Translations under genes and position numbers: made by a program
NCBI GenBank assembly: GCA_026023565.1
Contig: JAPETS010000019.1
Location: forward strand, 186,001 to 250,000
Origin: Cirrosporium novae-zelandiae
Taxonomy: Eukaryota
Length of the DNA: 64,000 nt
Direction of reading: 5' to 3'
The notes under the pieces: model-generated
Told to the model about the DNA's origin: nothing
The model's input: the letters and a program-made list of their open reading frames with translations, nothing else
The model's database searches: none
Part shown: positions 25,145 to 37,000 of the stretch, piece after piece
How the letters are laid out: each line of letters begins with the position of its first letter
Numbering within the stretch: the stretch's first letter is position 1

Positions 25145-26761
25145 ATGTGTTTCAGAGTAGTTGACGAGTTCACAGGATGTGGTCACACCAAGGAGCTCAT
25201 CTGCAAATGTGTTCCAGCTTCCCAGAAGCCAGCCGGCTACCAATGCCCCAACATTCGCGACGGCCCACCAGCCAAGCAGGTCGGAAAGAAGTGTCAAGAC
25301 TGCATAGACGACGAGGCAACCTGGGCCAGCTATGAGGCAGCCATGAGGAATGAGACCTGGGCTCGTCCGGTAACTCCAACCAACCGGGCAAATCCAGATG
25401 GTCCCAAGCATTATTTCATTAGCAGGGTTTATTATTTCAAGTGCAAACATTATGACCACTACCTCCACTCGGAGACCCTACGCAACCCAGATGACGAGAT
25501 GTTCCTTACGTATGACTCGATTGACGGAGGTCTCTGTCCTAACTGTGCAAACCTTCCAGACAGGATGTTCCGGGCTCTGGTTGAAAACGGTGAACTTGAG
25601 AAGGAAGATTACTGGAAGACCTGGGAAGATTTCAAGAGTGGGAAGAATGTTCCCACCCAGGCTGGCTCATCTTCTGCTATAGAGAATAATTACTGGAGCA
25701 ATGCTTATAGAGATGAGAATGGGGATTTGGGTCCTGCTGGAGGTCGTGGCCGGCGCCGCATAGATATGAGAGAGCCGTCTCCTCCGTCTTTTGAGGAAGT
25801 GGAGGCATCTCGAAGTCCAGCTAGCGGTGGGAGAACCCCACGCTCTCGACCATCTCCTCCGCTGCCTTCCCCTCCACATGGTTGCGAGCCCATCAGTCGT
25901 CCATCATTTGGCGAATACGAGAGCCAGAGCGACGATGAGCATGACTACTCGCAGGGAAAGAACAAAGGTCGCCGCGGTGGCCCCATAGCATATGAGCGGT
26001 CTTACCCACAATACAGAGAGCCTTCACTAGCGCCCAGCAATCGGTCACTGTCACCTGTTAGGAACAATGTGATGAAGGGTAAAGGCCCAGCATCTCGAGG
26101 CCATCCAGGAAACAAAGCTCTCTCCGACTCGGAAAGAGAATTTAGCGATCGACTTAGTGACTCTGGCTTTGAGGAGGATTATGACCCCAAGGGTAAGTGC
26201 AAGGCCATAGATAAAGGTAAAGGCCGTGCAGGTGGACCACCTCCTCGTAACTCTTATGGACAGCCTGCTCGTACTAGTAGTGGACACGACAGAGAACTTA
26301 ATCACAAGTTTGACTCCTTCCGTATTGAGAGCGATGACGATGCCGACTCCGATATTGCTTCGGTAGTCAGCGACCTCTCGGACCACGAACAGGATAGGAA
26401 CAAGCTTCCTCGTGATGGGGCACAATCTCTCATTCCAGAGGACCAGAAACTGTTAGACAAGCATGCGGCTGTCATCGCCAGACTCCCTCCACCGATTAGG
26501 AATGACACTGCAAGAGTCCTCGGTATCCTTAAACGAAGGGAAGAGGAGGCTTCTGCCGCCATGCAGCAGCACAATGAAGGCAGCATTCCCGACCCCGACG
26601 GTGTTCGGGAGAAGAAGCGAATGGAGGCTCTGGCCAAGCAAGAGGCAGAAGCGGCAGCGACAGCAGCAGCAGCAAGTGCTGGAGGTTTCACTGGTCCACA
26701 AGGCTTCAAGAATCCAAACCTGCCTCATCAAACCAGCAGAGACAACAAATATACCAGATAA
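25145..26761 (+). CDS. Hypothetical protein, 538 aa; two Cys/His-rich N-terminal modules and a long disordered tail
   Basis: Intronless ATG ORF; MC..GCGH..C.C..CP..CQDC and YYFKCKH..LCPNC; remainder is Pro/Ser/Arg/Asp low complexity. Confidence 0.75.
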   Translation: MCFRVVDEFTGCGHTKELICKCVPASQKPAGYQCPNIRDGPPAKQVGKKCQDCIDDEATWASYEAAMRNETWARPVTPTNRANPDGPKHYFISRVYYFKCKHYDHYLHSETLRNPDDEMFLTYDSIDGGLCPNCANLPDRMFRALVENGELEKEDYWKTWEDFKSGKNVPTQAGSSSAIENNYWSNAYRDENGDLGPAGGRGRRRIDMREPSPPSFEEVEASRSPASGGRTPRSRPSPPLPSPPHGCEPISRPSFGEYESQSDDEHDYSQGKNKGRRGGPIAYERSYPQYREPSLAPSNRSLSPVRNNVMKGKGPASRGHPGNKALSDSEREFSDRLSDSGFEEDYDPKGKCKAIDKGKGRAGGPPPRNSYGQPARTSSGHDRELNHKFDSFRIESDDDADSDIASVVSDLSDHEQDRNKLPRDGAQSLIPEDQKLLDKHAAVIARLPPPIRNDTARVLGILKRREEEASAAMQQHNEGSIPDPDGVREKKRMEALAKQEAEAAATAAAASAGGFTGPQGFKNPNLPHQTSRDNKYTR

Positions 26762-27588
26762 GCTCCGCAGTGCTGGAGTGTGAAAATGGTCATATTACTG
26801 GTGTTGTGAGCTGGAGTAATGAGGCGATGGGGTCTGATTCTGGGGGGTTGATCTAATTTGTGTATTTAGTAAAGGGTTGTTTGGGGGATTACACCAAGTT
26901 TCTGCGTTTCTTGAAGATTTCTGAAATTGACATGTATCTTCTTCCATCTGTATTAAATTCATTCTTGGTGGACTTGTGCATCCGAGTCTCAGATGTATTT
27001 TAGATTTAGACTATGCAATAGCTGGTAATGATTGATTAGAAAGTAGTTCTCCTCTTCGTGTCGTGTCTTGATATCGTAAGCTGTCAGGACTGAATTGCTT
27101 TGGTAGAACGCCGCCGAGATACGTTGGGAAGGCCGGGGGGGGGAGGGTTAATCTTTAACCCAAAATGCTCCCAATAAGACTTCTCCTTCAAATAAATATG
27201 GGGTAATCGTATCCAAACAACCTTTTGAATTTCTTTAACAATCTTGCTTGTTCTGTAAGTCGTTGTTACCTATTGCTATAATTACATAATTACATGTATT
27301 TTATAATTCAAAAAAACGAAAACAAAAAACAAAAAACAAAATGCCATCATTCTAAGCTTTTGTCTCAGAAGATTCCCCCGCCCTCTCTCTCTCTCCCTCT
27401 CACTTTCTCTCTTCCAATGTGCATTTATTAATCTTCAATTCCCTTCCTCGTCTCAATTACTTATTGTTCTTTTCCTAATTGATACTCTAGCCTCGATATT
27501 TCTGACTTGAATCACATTCTGTTATACTCTCCGTGTGTTCTTGTCGTCAATAGTTTTATTCGTATTCCAATCCGTCGTCTCTGTCGTC

Positions 27589-29741
27589 ATGGCTGAAGAA
27601 GATAAACAGAATCTCTGGGGAGTGGTGGATATGGGAAGGTACGTTAAAAGATCAGATGGTTAGATTGACATCATCGGTCACCTTTCCTGTTGGTTCTAGC
27701 CTCTCCTTTACTTTGGTCCTTTGTGTGGCATTCGCTTAGATAATTAATTGTTTGAGCTCCACCCTTTCCGGCCAAATTTTCGTCATGATTCATTTATAAT
27801 TCCTTCTCACCGCTTCAATACCCAACAAGCACCTAACAAGGGCATGTGGTTTAGTGGTATAATGTTCCCTTAGCATTAAGCATGGGAGAGGTCCGGCGTT
27901 CGATTCGCCGCTTGTCCATTGTTGAGTCCTTCAATCATTGAAGGTGCCTGGTTATCTTTTTGCTCTTTTGATGATATGTGTGTTCTTGTTGAGGCGAAGA
28001 TAGATGCCTCCATGCACTTCTGTTTTTTTATTTCTTTGCTTCTATGGCAATCTATTTCATTTTTGTGCATTCTGAGCATCGCTAAATCCGAACATGTAGC
28101 AATGGAATCCGCTTCTCGATCTCCGACCTCTCTCCCAAATCAGCTCGAGTAATGCCAACCCTCTTCCAAGAGCGTATTGCCATCTCCCTTTATGATGTCC
28201 AGTATTCAGACAAAGGAGAAAAGCAACCAATACCGGAAGAGGTGATGCTCTCGGTAACAACCGAGATCGCACGGTTCAAATCAATATGTCACGAATTCGG
28301 AATCCCCTCGCCGCGCATCAAGATCCTTGCCACTGAAGCCACCCGCGAAGCCATGAACTCAAACATCTTTCTCGACCAAATCAGCATCCACACCAGCGCG
28401 GAGATCCCTGTGCAAATGCTGCCAAAGTCCGACGAAGGGAAGCTCGGCTCCTTCGGCATCGCAAGCTCCTTCCACAACGCCTCCGGCATCATCATGGACC
28501 TGGGTGGCGGCAGCACACAGATCTCATACCTCCTCCCGGAAGACAACCTGAAAAGTGGCGACGATGCATCTATAAACCGTTACATCAGTCTCCCCTATGG
28601 CGCCGCAGCCCTGAAACTGCGTTTGGCAGAAGCCGAAAAACAAGGCAAGGCCGGCAAAAAGAAACTCCACGATGAGATCAAAGATGCCCTCAAGCAAGCC
28701 TACTCGGACCTCAATGTCCCAGAATCCCTAACTCAACAAGCCGAAACCTCGGGCATGAATTTGTACCTCTCAGGCGGCGGCTTCCGCGCCTGGGGCTACC
28801 TGCTCATGCACACGCATGACATAGCTCCCTATCCAATCCCACACATTAACGGCTTCTCGGTCCCCGCCGCGCGCTTCTACAATACCGAACCTATCAAACC
28901 CTGCGCCACGACGCCTACTTCAATTTTCCGAATCTCAAAGCGTCGCAAGACGCAAATCCCAGCCGTCGCCTTCCTAGTCGAGGTCCTGCAGGACGCCCTA
29001 CCCCCCACAATCAAAACCGTTTACTTCTCTCAGGGCGGCATCCGTGAGGGCTTCCTGTGGTCTCAGCTCCCTCCCGAAATCCGTCAACAACACCCCCTGA
29101 TTGCCAGTACGGCGGGCCTCGGGTTCCAACCCACAGGCACAGCTAACCCCCTCCAAACCTCTCTCCCCCCCGCCCTCCTAACCCCCCACAATCTCACTCT
29201 AACTCAAACCCTCCTCCCCCTCCTACAAACGCATCACTCGATCCCCAAAGATGCCCGCGCCTCCTCGGCGCTCCACTTTCCAATAACCGGCCTCCTAGCC
29301 TCCGTTCACGGTCTCTCCCATATCGACCGCGCCATGCTCGCTCTAGCCCTCAGCGAGCGCTGGGGCGCCGACCTCCCCCCTTGCGACACCACTTTCGAAA
29401 AAAATCTCGAGGAAATCGTTGGTGTCGAGCGTGTTTGGTGTGCGAAATGGCTAGGCAGGGTCGGTGCGCTTTTGGGAAAGGTTTATCCCGCTGGGGTTGT
29501 GGGGATGGGGGGTGGTTCGGGGGAGAGGATCAGGATTAAATGTGAGGAGATGGAGGAGGATAAGGATAAGGAGGGGAAGAAGAAGAAGAAGAATAAGAAG
29601 AGGGGCGGGGTTAGGGTCATAGTGGCTGTTAGGGGTGTGGATGTGCGGGATGAGGTGAGCGATTTGGAGAAGATGGGGAAGTGGGGGAAGGGGGAGGGGG
29701 TTGGGTGGAGGGTTGAGGTTGTGGTTGGGGGGTTGGAGTAG
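27589..29741 (+). CDS. RTG2: Retrograde regulation protein 2 (Ppx/GppA-family ASKHA protein)
   Basis: Exon 1 (27589-27638, MAEEDKQNLWGVVDMGS) joined across intron 27639..28099 rebuilds VDMGSNGIRFSISDL; LATEATREAMN; MDLGGGSTQ; SLPYGAAAL; LSGGGFR; QGGIREG. Confidence 0.93.
27840..27918 (+). tRNA. tRNA-Ala, anticodon AGC, with a 7-nt intron
   Basis: Acceptor stem GGGCATG/CTTGTCC with the G3:U70 alanine identity pair; A box TGGTTTAGTGG; anticodon stem TTCCC/GGGAG with AGC at 27872-27874; intron TTAAGCA 27876-27882; T arm CGGCG-TTCGATT-CGCCG; discriminator A. Mature length 72 nt; T5 run at 27957-27961. Confidence 0.95.
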
Positions 29742-29807
29742 GGGGAGTTGATTCGGTGGTAGTGATTTGGTAGTATAGTAGTTGGTGGGGGTTAGTATGG
29801 TTAGTAT

Positions 29808-29935
29808 GCACACATAACATACATACATCCATACACACACACGTATTGTTAGTTGGTATACATACACACATACATACACACATACATACACACATGCATA
29901 ACCATTACATACCTATATACCTATAGACCTATATA
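29808..29935. repeat. Compound (ACAT)n/(AC)n microsatellite in the RTG2-MAM3 convergent intergenic region
   Basis: Directly visible runs such as acatacatccatacacacacac and catacacacatacatacacacatacatacacac. Confidence 0.85.
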
Positions 29936-30824
29936 CTTCACTTTTAAACCAACAGAAAAACAAGAAGCCGTAGACTAGGAATTTCTTAATTGCCTAGGTA
30001 ATTACACTAACTTGTAAATCTTGTAAGTTGTAACCAAACTAATTAGCGGATACCCCTCATAAAACATTAAACATTTTATTTAACATTTAACATTTAACAT
30101 CTGATAGTGACATCCCCCATCCCATCCGCATCCCATCCCATCCATTCAACCTCCAACCTCCACCTCAAGGGGGACTAATAGTAGTCTAATAGTAATAAAA
30201 TAAATAAAATGGATAGACAAATTGACATATAAGTATATAAGTATATAATACATCTCCCACCCATTTACTCCTCAGCCCCTCAACCCCCCTCTGCCCCTCT
30301 CCCCTAACCCTCTCCCCTAGCCACTTCATAACCATCTACACATTCACATCCCCCCCCCACCACCACCCCCTTCCATCATTCCCCTATCTCTCATTCCCTT
30401 TATTCCTTTCTTCTCTTTTTTAAATGACTCACGAAATAAACAAACAAATCAATAAATAATAATTAATTAATTAATCAGTTAACATCCTCCATGTTCTTCT
30501 CTCCCCCTTTCTCTCATTTTAGAATCGATAAAAAAAGTCGTGGATAGGTGAGTTATAATCAATCAATCGGGTTATGTCATTCATTTTCATTCAATTGAGT
30601 AGTAACCCTTCCTTTTCATATCCCATGTGTGAACGTACAAACGGACGAACTACTTCCTTTTTACTCAATTTCCGTTCCGTTTTCATTTCCATTCCACCTA
30701 TTCCAATACCGAGGAGAGAAAAAAAGAAGAGGAAAAAAAATTGGCAAGGTAAAACAAAACATCAAGCTATGCATGCATGCACTGTACGGTACGGTACGTA
30801 CGTATGGTTATGGCTATGATAATG

Positions 30825-33474
30825 TTACGAGCGGCCGCCCAACAACGGTGTTGCCTCATCCCTATGACCCGATGCATGTTTCGCCGCGGCCTTGTTCTTC
30901 CTCTTCTTCCTTTTCTTCCTGCTATTTAGTGATGCGCTTCCGGCATGCCAGTTGGATTCGTCATGGTCGTGGTCGTTTCTTGAGTGATCGGATTTATGTC
31001 CATGTTCATCATGCTCATCTATGTCTGCGATTACGGAATCTCTTAGTTTGCTGCCTTCCTCGTCCGAGGATGAGGTTGTTTCAACGATTAATTTCTTGAC
31101 GCCGTTGACGTCGATGATGTTTGTTGTTATGCTACCGCTGCGAACGACACTCCGGTTCATGCCTCCGGGACTCCAGCTACCACTGCGTCTATGATAGTCG
31201 CTATGTGAACTGTGTCTTGTTGGACCACCAGGACTTGATTTTCCAGATCTGGAATTGGGCGTTCCGGGAGCTTGTACGGCCTTGTCTTTCTGGATGTGCT
31301 CAACTGGGGAGGTTAAAGTTCCGCGATCCATAGATCCACGTCCTGTTTGCACCGCCTGTACACCATCGCTAGCGTCCCTTCCTCCAGTGACTAGGCCTGC
31401 ACCTATACCGGCTTCTATCAGAGCAGGAGAGTTTTCAATTGTGGAAATTGGGACGTCGATAGTAATAAGTGGTTCGGTGTCTTCGTCATGCCGCGTAGTC
31501 TCGCCAATGGGGGATGGCTTGCTGATGCTACTCTCTGTTGGGGCGCGGGATGCAGTGCCAGGTTTTATCTTGACAGAGGTATAGCGTGTCTGTTTTGGAC
31601 GACTCGCCAGATTCGAGGGGCCAAGGTGTTTGAGATGTTCACGAATTTGTGGCATGCTTGTTCTGACGATTTCTGGTTCATGTGCGGAACCGTTTTGGCT
31701 GGAGCGGCGCATCACTATTGTTGCAGTCTTGTTGGGAGGTGTGCCGGCCTCTGAAAGTTTCCAAGAGCCCTTCCGACTGATGTTCCCTCTGTCGCCGCCG
31801 TCGAGCACAGCAGGTACTTTCCGGGTTTCGGACAATTTTGCAGCATCCTTTTTGCCATCATCTGAAAGATAGTTAGCTTTAGTTTCAACATCATCAGCTC
31901 CACCCTCGAACTTTGCGGAGCTCGGATTAATGATGTGACCTTTTGGAAATTTGCTCATAGGAGCCGGGGCGAGTCGTCTGATGGCCTTATGGACGTCGAT
32001 GAACATGTCTGATTCATCAATAATCTCTTCTCCGATGAGTTCCTCGATGACATCCTCGAGTGTGACGACACCGAGGGCACCATGATCTGCGCTAGGGAAT
32101 TCAGAGACCAAGACCATGTGAGATTTGCCTTCTTGGAAGAAGTTGACAATGTCCAAACAACTAGTTTCTGGTCGAGTTTCCGGGAGAGTTGCAAGGGCAA
32201 ATTCAGAGACCTTTTTAGCATCTTCGGGATCATACGTAATAAGCATTTTGACTAGGAGCATGCCAACAAAATTCTGGTCATTGTCTGGGGTGTGAATGGG
32301 AATTCGAGAATATCCAGCACGCAAAATGGTATCCATTGTTTCCTCGTTCAGAATATCATCCAGGGACATTGTGAACACATCATCCATAGGCGTCATGACC
32401 GAACCTACTGGCTTGTCCTTCAGATCCAGCACGGCGCTGATGATGGTCACTTCATCTTCATTCAACCTTTCACTGGCTGCTCCAAGTGTACGGTGGAGAG
32501 TCACAAGTGTTTTCAAACCAGCTTTCTTATAAACCGTGCCATGATCCTCACCAAGCAATTTATCGAGCAGTTTTGCTGTAGGCCAAGCGATGGGCGACAT
32601 AATATACATAAGAGCAAGGACAAATGGTGCCATAAAAGCGCCAATTGGTAATCCATATCGAACGCAGACAGATTGTGGAGCAATTTCACCGAAGATGACT
32701 ATATCTCATATTAACAAGAATATTTTGGACATGTGGTTCTCTCACTTACCAATCAAGACTGTACTTCCCAGAACAGCAGGCCAACCACCACCTAATGATC
32801 GATCTAGAACGATAGGTAAGGTTTCATTTGTAATGACATTACTGAGCAATAGGGTCACAAGAACCCAATGCTTTCCTTTCTCCAATAGGTTGAGAACCTT
32901 CCGAGCTTGTTTCCGTTCAGCACCTTCGCCAGATTTCTCAGTTACTTGGAGATAGATTTCATCCTAGAATAAGTCAAGATAAGTTAGTAATTGGTTGCAC
33001 GAATAATGGGGTTGATCTCGAAGCGCGTGATAGTTACAAAATGAGGGCTTTGGCCATGCGGCCACTTTCGGCCATCCACAGCATCATCGATCACCAGTAA
33101 TTATAATTCTTTTTTTTTTCAAACAAAGAGGTCAAAAGGGATTTCTATCATACCTGGCCCATCAGAGCAATGGTTAATCCAGCAAAAGCACCTCCGAGCA
33201 ATACAAGAGCTGCAGCTACAGCCAAGTAAATCCATAGAGCAGGATCTTCTGGATCTTTGCCTTCTGGCTCCTCTTGTATGGACGCCCAGGATAGTGGAAT
33301 TGCTTGAACAGCAGGTATTTGAGCAATGCTAGCAAATAGAAGCTTAGTAATAGCGAGAATTGTCGGTCTATTTGCAAGGACATGGCCTATTTGTCCACGA
33401 CTCGGAGCGGACGAGTAGCTGGCCTGCTTGCGAACTCCATTATGAAGATATCGCGAACCCCGCGTGGTTGACAT
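30825..33474 (-). CDS. MAM3: CNNM/DUF21 + CBS-pair metal homeostasis membrane protein
   Basis: [113 protein letters not shown]. Two introns. Confidence 0.93.
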
Positions 33475-33690
33475 TCAGGGTAGGCAATGATTCAAGTAGA
33501 TTCTAGAAAAGAATCAATGGACAAGAAATATCTGAAAGAGAAAATTAATATTGTCCTGGACTTGGAGGTAGTAGAAGCTCCAATTTCTGGGATGCTGGTT
33601 GTTGATATGTGGAGAGGATACCAAGAGTTAAGTAAGAGCTAGAGGATTTTAGGGCGACAAGGGACTTTTAGAGGGATTTTCTCAGTGCTT

Positions 33691-33838
33691 GCAGTTGGTT
33701 TCAATTGGTTGCAGTTGGTTGTAGTTGGTCATTAATGGATCGGAGTAGTTTGCAAATTCGCAATAGTTTCTACTGGGCGGTATCTGGGCAGTATCTGACC
33801 GGTATCTGGCAGCCTGGGCGCCGGGCTGGGCGCTCCAA
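33691..33838. promoter_or_regulatory. Repeated motifs in the ~615-bp divergent MAM3/RQC2 promoter
   Basis: Four near-copies of a 10-mer (GCAGTTGGTT, TCAATTGGTT, GCAGTTGGTT, GTAGTTGGTC; 33691-33730) and three GTATCTG copies (about 33780-33808). Function is inferred only from position. Confidence 0.35.
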
Positions 33839-34089
33839 TCTTCCATCCGTTGCTCCGTTTAAGTCAAGGTACCGAACTTTGAGTCACGGGTATCCCCAGT
33901 CACGACTCACAATCACGACGTCACAAGCTCAGCCTCATGGTCTGCTCGGTTTGCTCTGTTTGATAACAAATTTACTTTTGTACCTTTCATCAAGTGTTTG
34001 GTAGATATCTAATAATACTTATTATACTTACTCATCTATCCGAGAGAAAAAAGAAGAAACAAAAGAAAAGGAAGAAGAAAAATTCAATC

Positions 34090-37000
34090 ATGAAACAGAG
34101 ATTCTCCTCTTTGGATGTAAAGGTAAAGGATGCATCCATTACATCCATTATCAAACAAGTGGTCTGATAGTCTAATAATTCTTCGCCCTCTATAGGTTAT
34201 TGCCCACGAATTGTCCAAAAGCTTCTTGAATCTGCGCCTCGCCAATATCTATGATCTATCTTCGGTATGCTGCAGTTTTCACCAAACAGCGGTCACCAGG
34301 CAGGACTGATTTAATCTAGCGCATCTTTCTTTTCAAATTCCAGAAACCCGGACACCGCCAACAGCTTTTACTTGATTCTGGTTTTCGATGCCATATTACC
34401 AATTATGCTAGAGCCACTGCTGATGCTCCTTCACCTTTCGTTAGCCGTCTGAGAAAGTTTTTGAAGACTCGTAGGGTCACTTCAGTGTCTCAAGTTGGTA
34501 CTGACCGAATTATTGATATCCAATTCAGCGATGGCCAGTACAGACTATTTCTGGAGTTCTATGCTGGAGGTAATATTATTCTTACCGACAATGAGCTGAA
34601 AGTGTTGGCACTTCAGCGGATAGTACCTGGGAGTGTAGGGGAAGAGGAAGTCAGAATTGGATTGACATATTCCCTCCCGACCCGCCAAGACTACAATGGG
34701 ACCCCTCCTTTGACTCTGGATCGAGTTAAAGATGTCCTGGAGAAGGGTGCTCAGCAGGTCCAAGCACAATCGGAACCAGTTCCAAAAAAGAAGTATAAAA
34801 GAAAAGGGGATGCATTGAAAAGGACTTTAGGGTCTGGCTTCAAAGAATTCCCAGGTGTATTGATCGACCATGCCATCATGGCAGCAAATTTTGATTCAAG
34901 CATTCCTCTTGAACAGATTTTAAAAGACGAGTCTTTGCTTGGGAAAATCCTGGATCTCCTTCGAGAGGCGAAAATGATTAGCGAAGATGTAGTATCATCA
35001 GACATCTCTAAAGGGTATATCATTTCCAAGGTGACTGACAAGAAAGAGCAGCCTTCAAGTGGAGTAGACCAACAAGCATCAGACGAGAATCGTCTTCTGT
35101 ACGAAGATTTTCATCCCTTTATACCCCTTCAATTCAAGTCAAATCCTACACTGAAGATAATAGAGATTGAAGGCTTCAATAAAACCGTTGATCAATTCTA
35201 TTCCTCCATTGAATCCCAGAAACTAGAATCAAGGCTTATAGAGCGTGAGGAGCTCGCCAAGAAAAAACTTGAAAAGGTACGATCAGAACATGATAAACGA
35301 CTGGGTGGACTTCAACAGGTGCAAGAGTTGAATGTGCGAAAAGCGCAGGCGATCGAAGCTAATCTGCAGCGAGTCGAAGAGGCAATTGCCGCAGTCAATG
35401 GCTTGATCGGGCAGGGAATGGACTGGGCAGAAATAGGCCTTTTAATTGAAATAGAGCAGAAGCGACATAACCCAGTTGCAGAGATGATTAAACTTCCCCT
35501 CAAGCTGTACGAGAATACGGCTACATTACTACTTAGCGAGGCCGAGTTTGATGATTACAATGACTACGAAGGAGATGAAACAGACAGCGCTTATGAGTCT
35601 CAAAGTGACGAGGAGGAGCCCTCCACGGGTATTCTCAAGAAAGAAAAGACCGAAGACAAGCGATTGACGATAGATGTTGACCTTTCTCTTTCACCGTGGG
35701 CTAATGCGCGTGAATACTATGACCAAAAGCGAAATGCAGCTGTTAAGGAGCAAAAGACTATACAATCATCGACAAAGGCGCTTAAAGCTCAGGAAAAGAA
35801 GATTTCTGCCGATCTCAAAAAGGGATTGAAACAAGAAAAGCAAGTTCTGAGGCCCGTGAGAGAGCAATTCTGGTTCGAGAAATTCATCTTCTTTATTTCC
35901 TCTGACGGCTATTTGGTCATCGGAGGTAGAGATGCACAGCAAAATGAACTGATCTACAGGCGCTATCTCAAGAAAGGAGATGTCTACGTGCACGCAGATC
36001 TCGAAGGTGCAGCTTCTATTATCATTAAGAACAACCTAGATACTCCAGATGCTCCTATTCCACCCTCCACACTATCACAAGCAGGGACTTTAGCAATTGC
36101 CACCTCAAGTGCTTGGGACTCCAAGGCCGTAATGTCTGCTTGGTGGGTGAATGCTGATCAGGTTTCGAAAACTGCATCGACCGGGGATGTTCTCTCGGCT
36201 GGGAACTTTATGATTAAAGGACAGAAGAACTTCTTGCCACCTGCACAGCTTTTGCTAGGATTCGCAGTTATGTTTCAGATTAGCGAGGAAAGTAAGGCAA
36301 ATCATTCAAAGCATAGACTTCAGGAAAACCCCGAGACCCCAGTGCCGCATCAAGACACTGCAAACAGTAGAGAAGCAGCCGAAAGAACTGGGGAACCTAG
36401 CAACAAAGAAGAAGAGGACGCATCAAACACAGAAGCTGTTGAACAGAACGAAGAGAAGGAGCAAGAAGAGAACACCAACGAGCAGGCTGAATCTGACTCA
36501 GACATTTCCGAAGACGAATCGGAAGAACAAGAGCAAGACACAGCAGCCTTTCAATTAAATCCGTTGCAGACCAGCACCTTACTTTCCTCGGAACAAGACG
36601 TTGAAAAGCAATCAGAACACGAGGAGAGTACAGTAGATCCAGAAGGGGATGGTGGGGATTCAAGCGGGGACGAAGAAGAAATAGAACACTATAAAGAAGA
36701 AAGCTCCTCAGCAACAGCATTTGGAGGAATCCGCCACCTTTCTGCAAAGCAACGCCGCCTCCTGCGCAAAGGGTTGGATCCGGCATCCCAGCCCTCAACT
36801 CCAACCACCCCCTCCCGCTCTTCAACCCCCGGCCCATCAAACCCCACAACCCAACAAACCTCCAACCTGCAACACCTCCCCCGTGGCAAACGCGCCAAAG
36901 CGAAAAAGGCCCTCCAAAAGTACAAAGACCAAACACCTGAAGACCGTGAACTAGCAATCCGCCTCCTCGGCGCTGACGGCGGGCAGAAGAAAGCCTTAGC

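Noticed and set aside
29451..29895. ORFs beginning MYVCVYVC / MCVCMCVC
   Set aside because: Translations of the microsatellite and of the G-rich RTG2 end.
30290..30325. CCCTAA telomere-like unit
   Set aside because: Single copy within C-rich low-complexity DNA; not an array.
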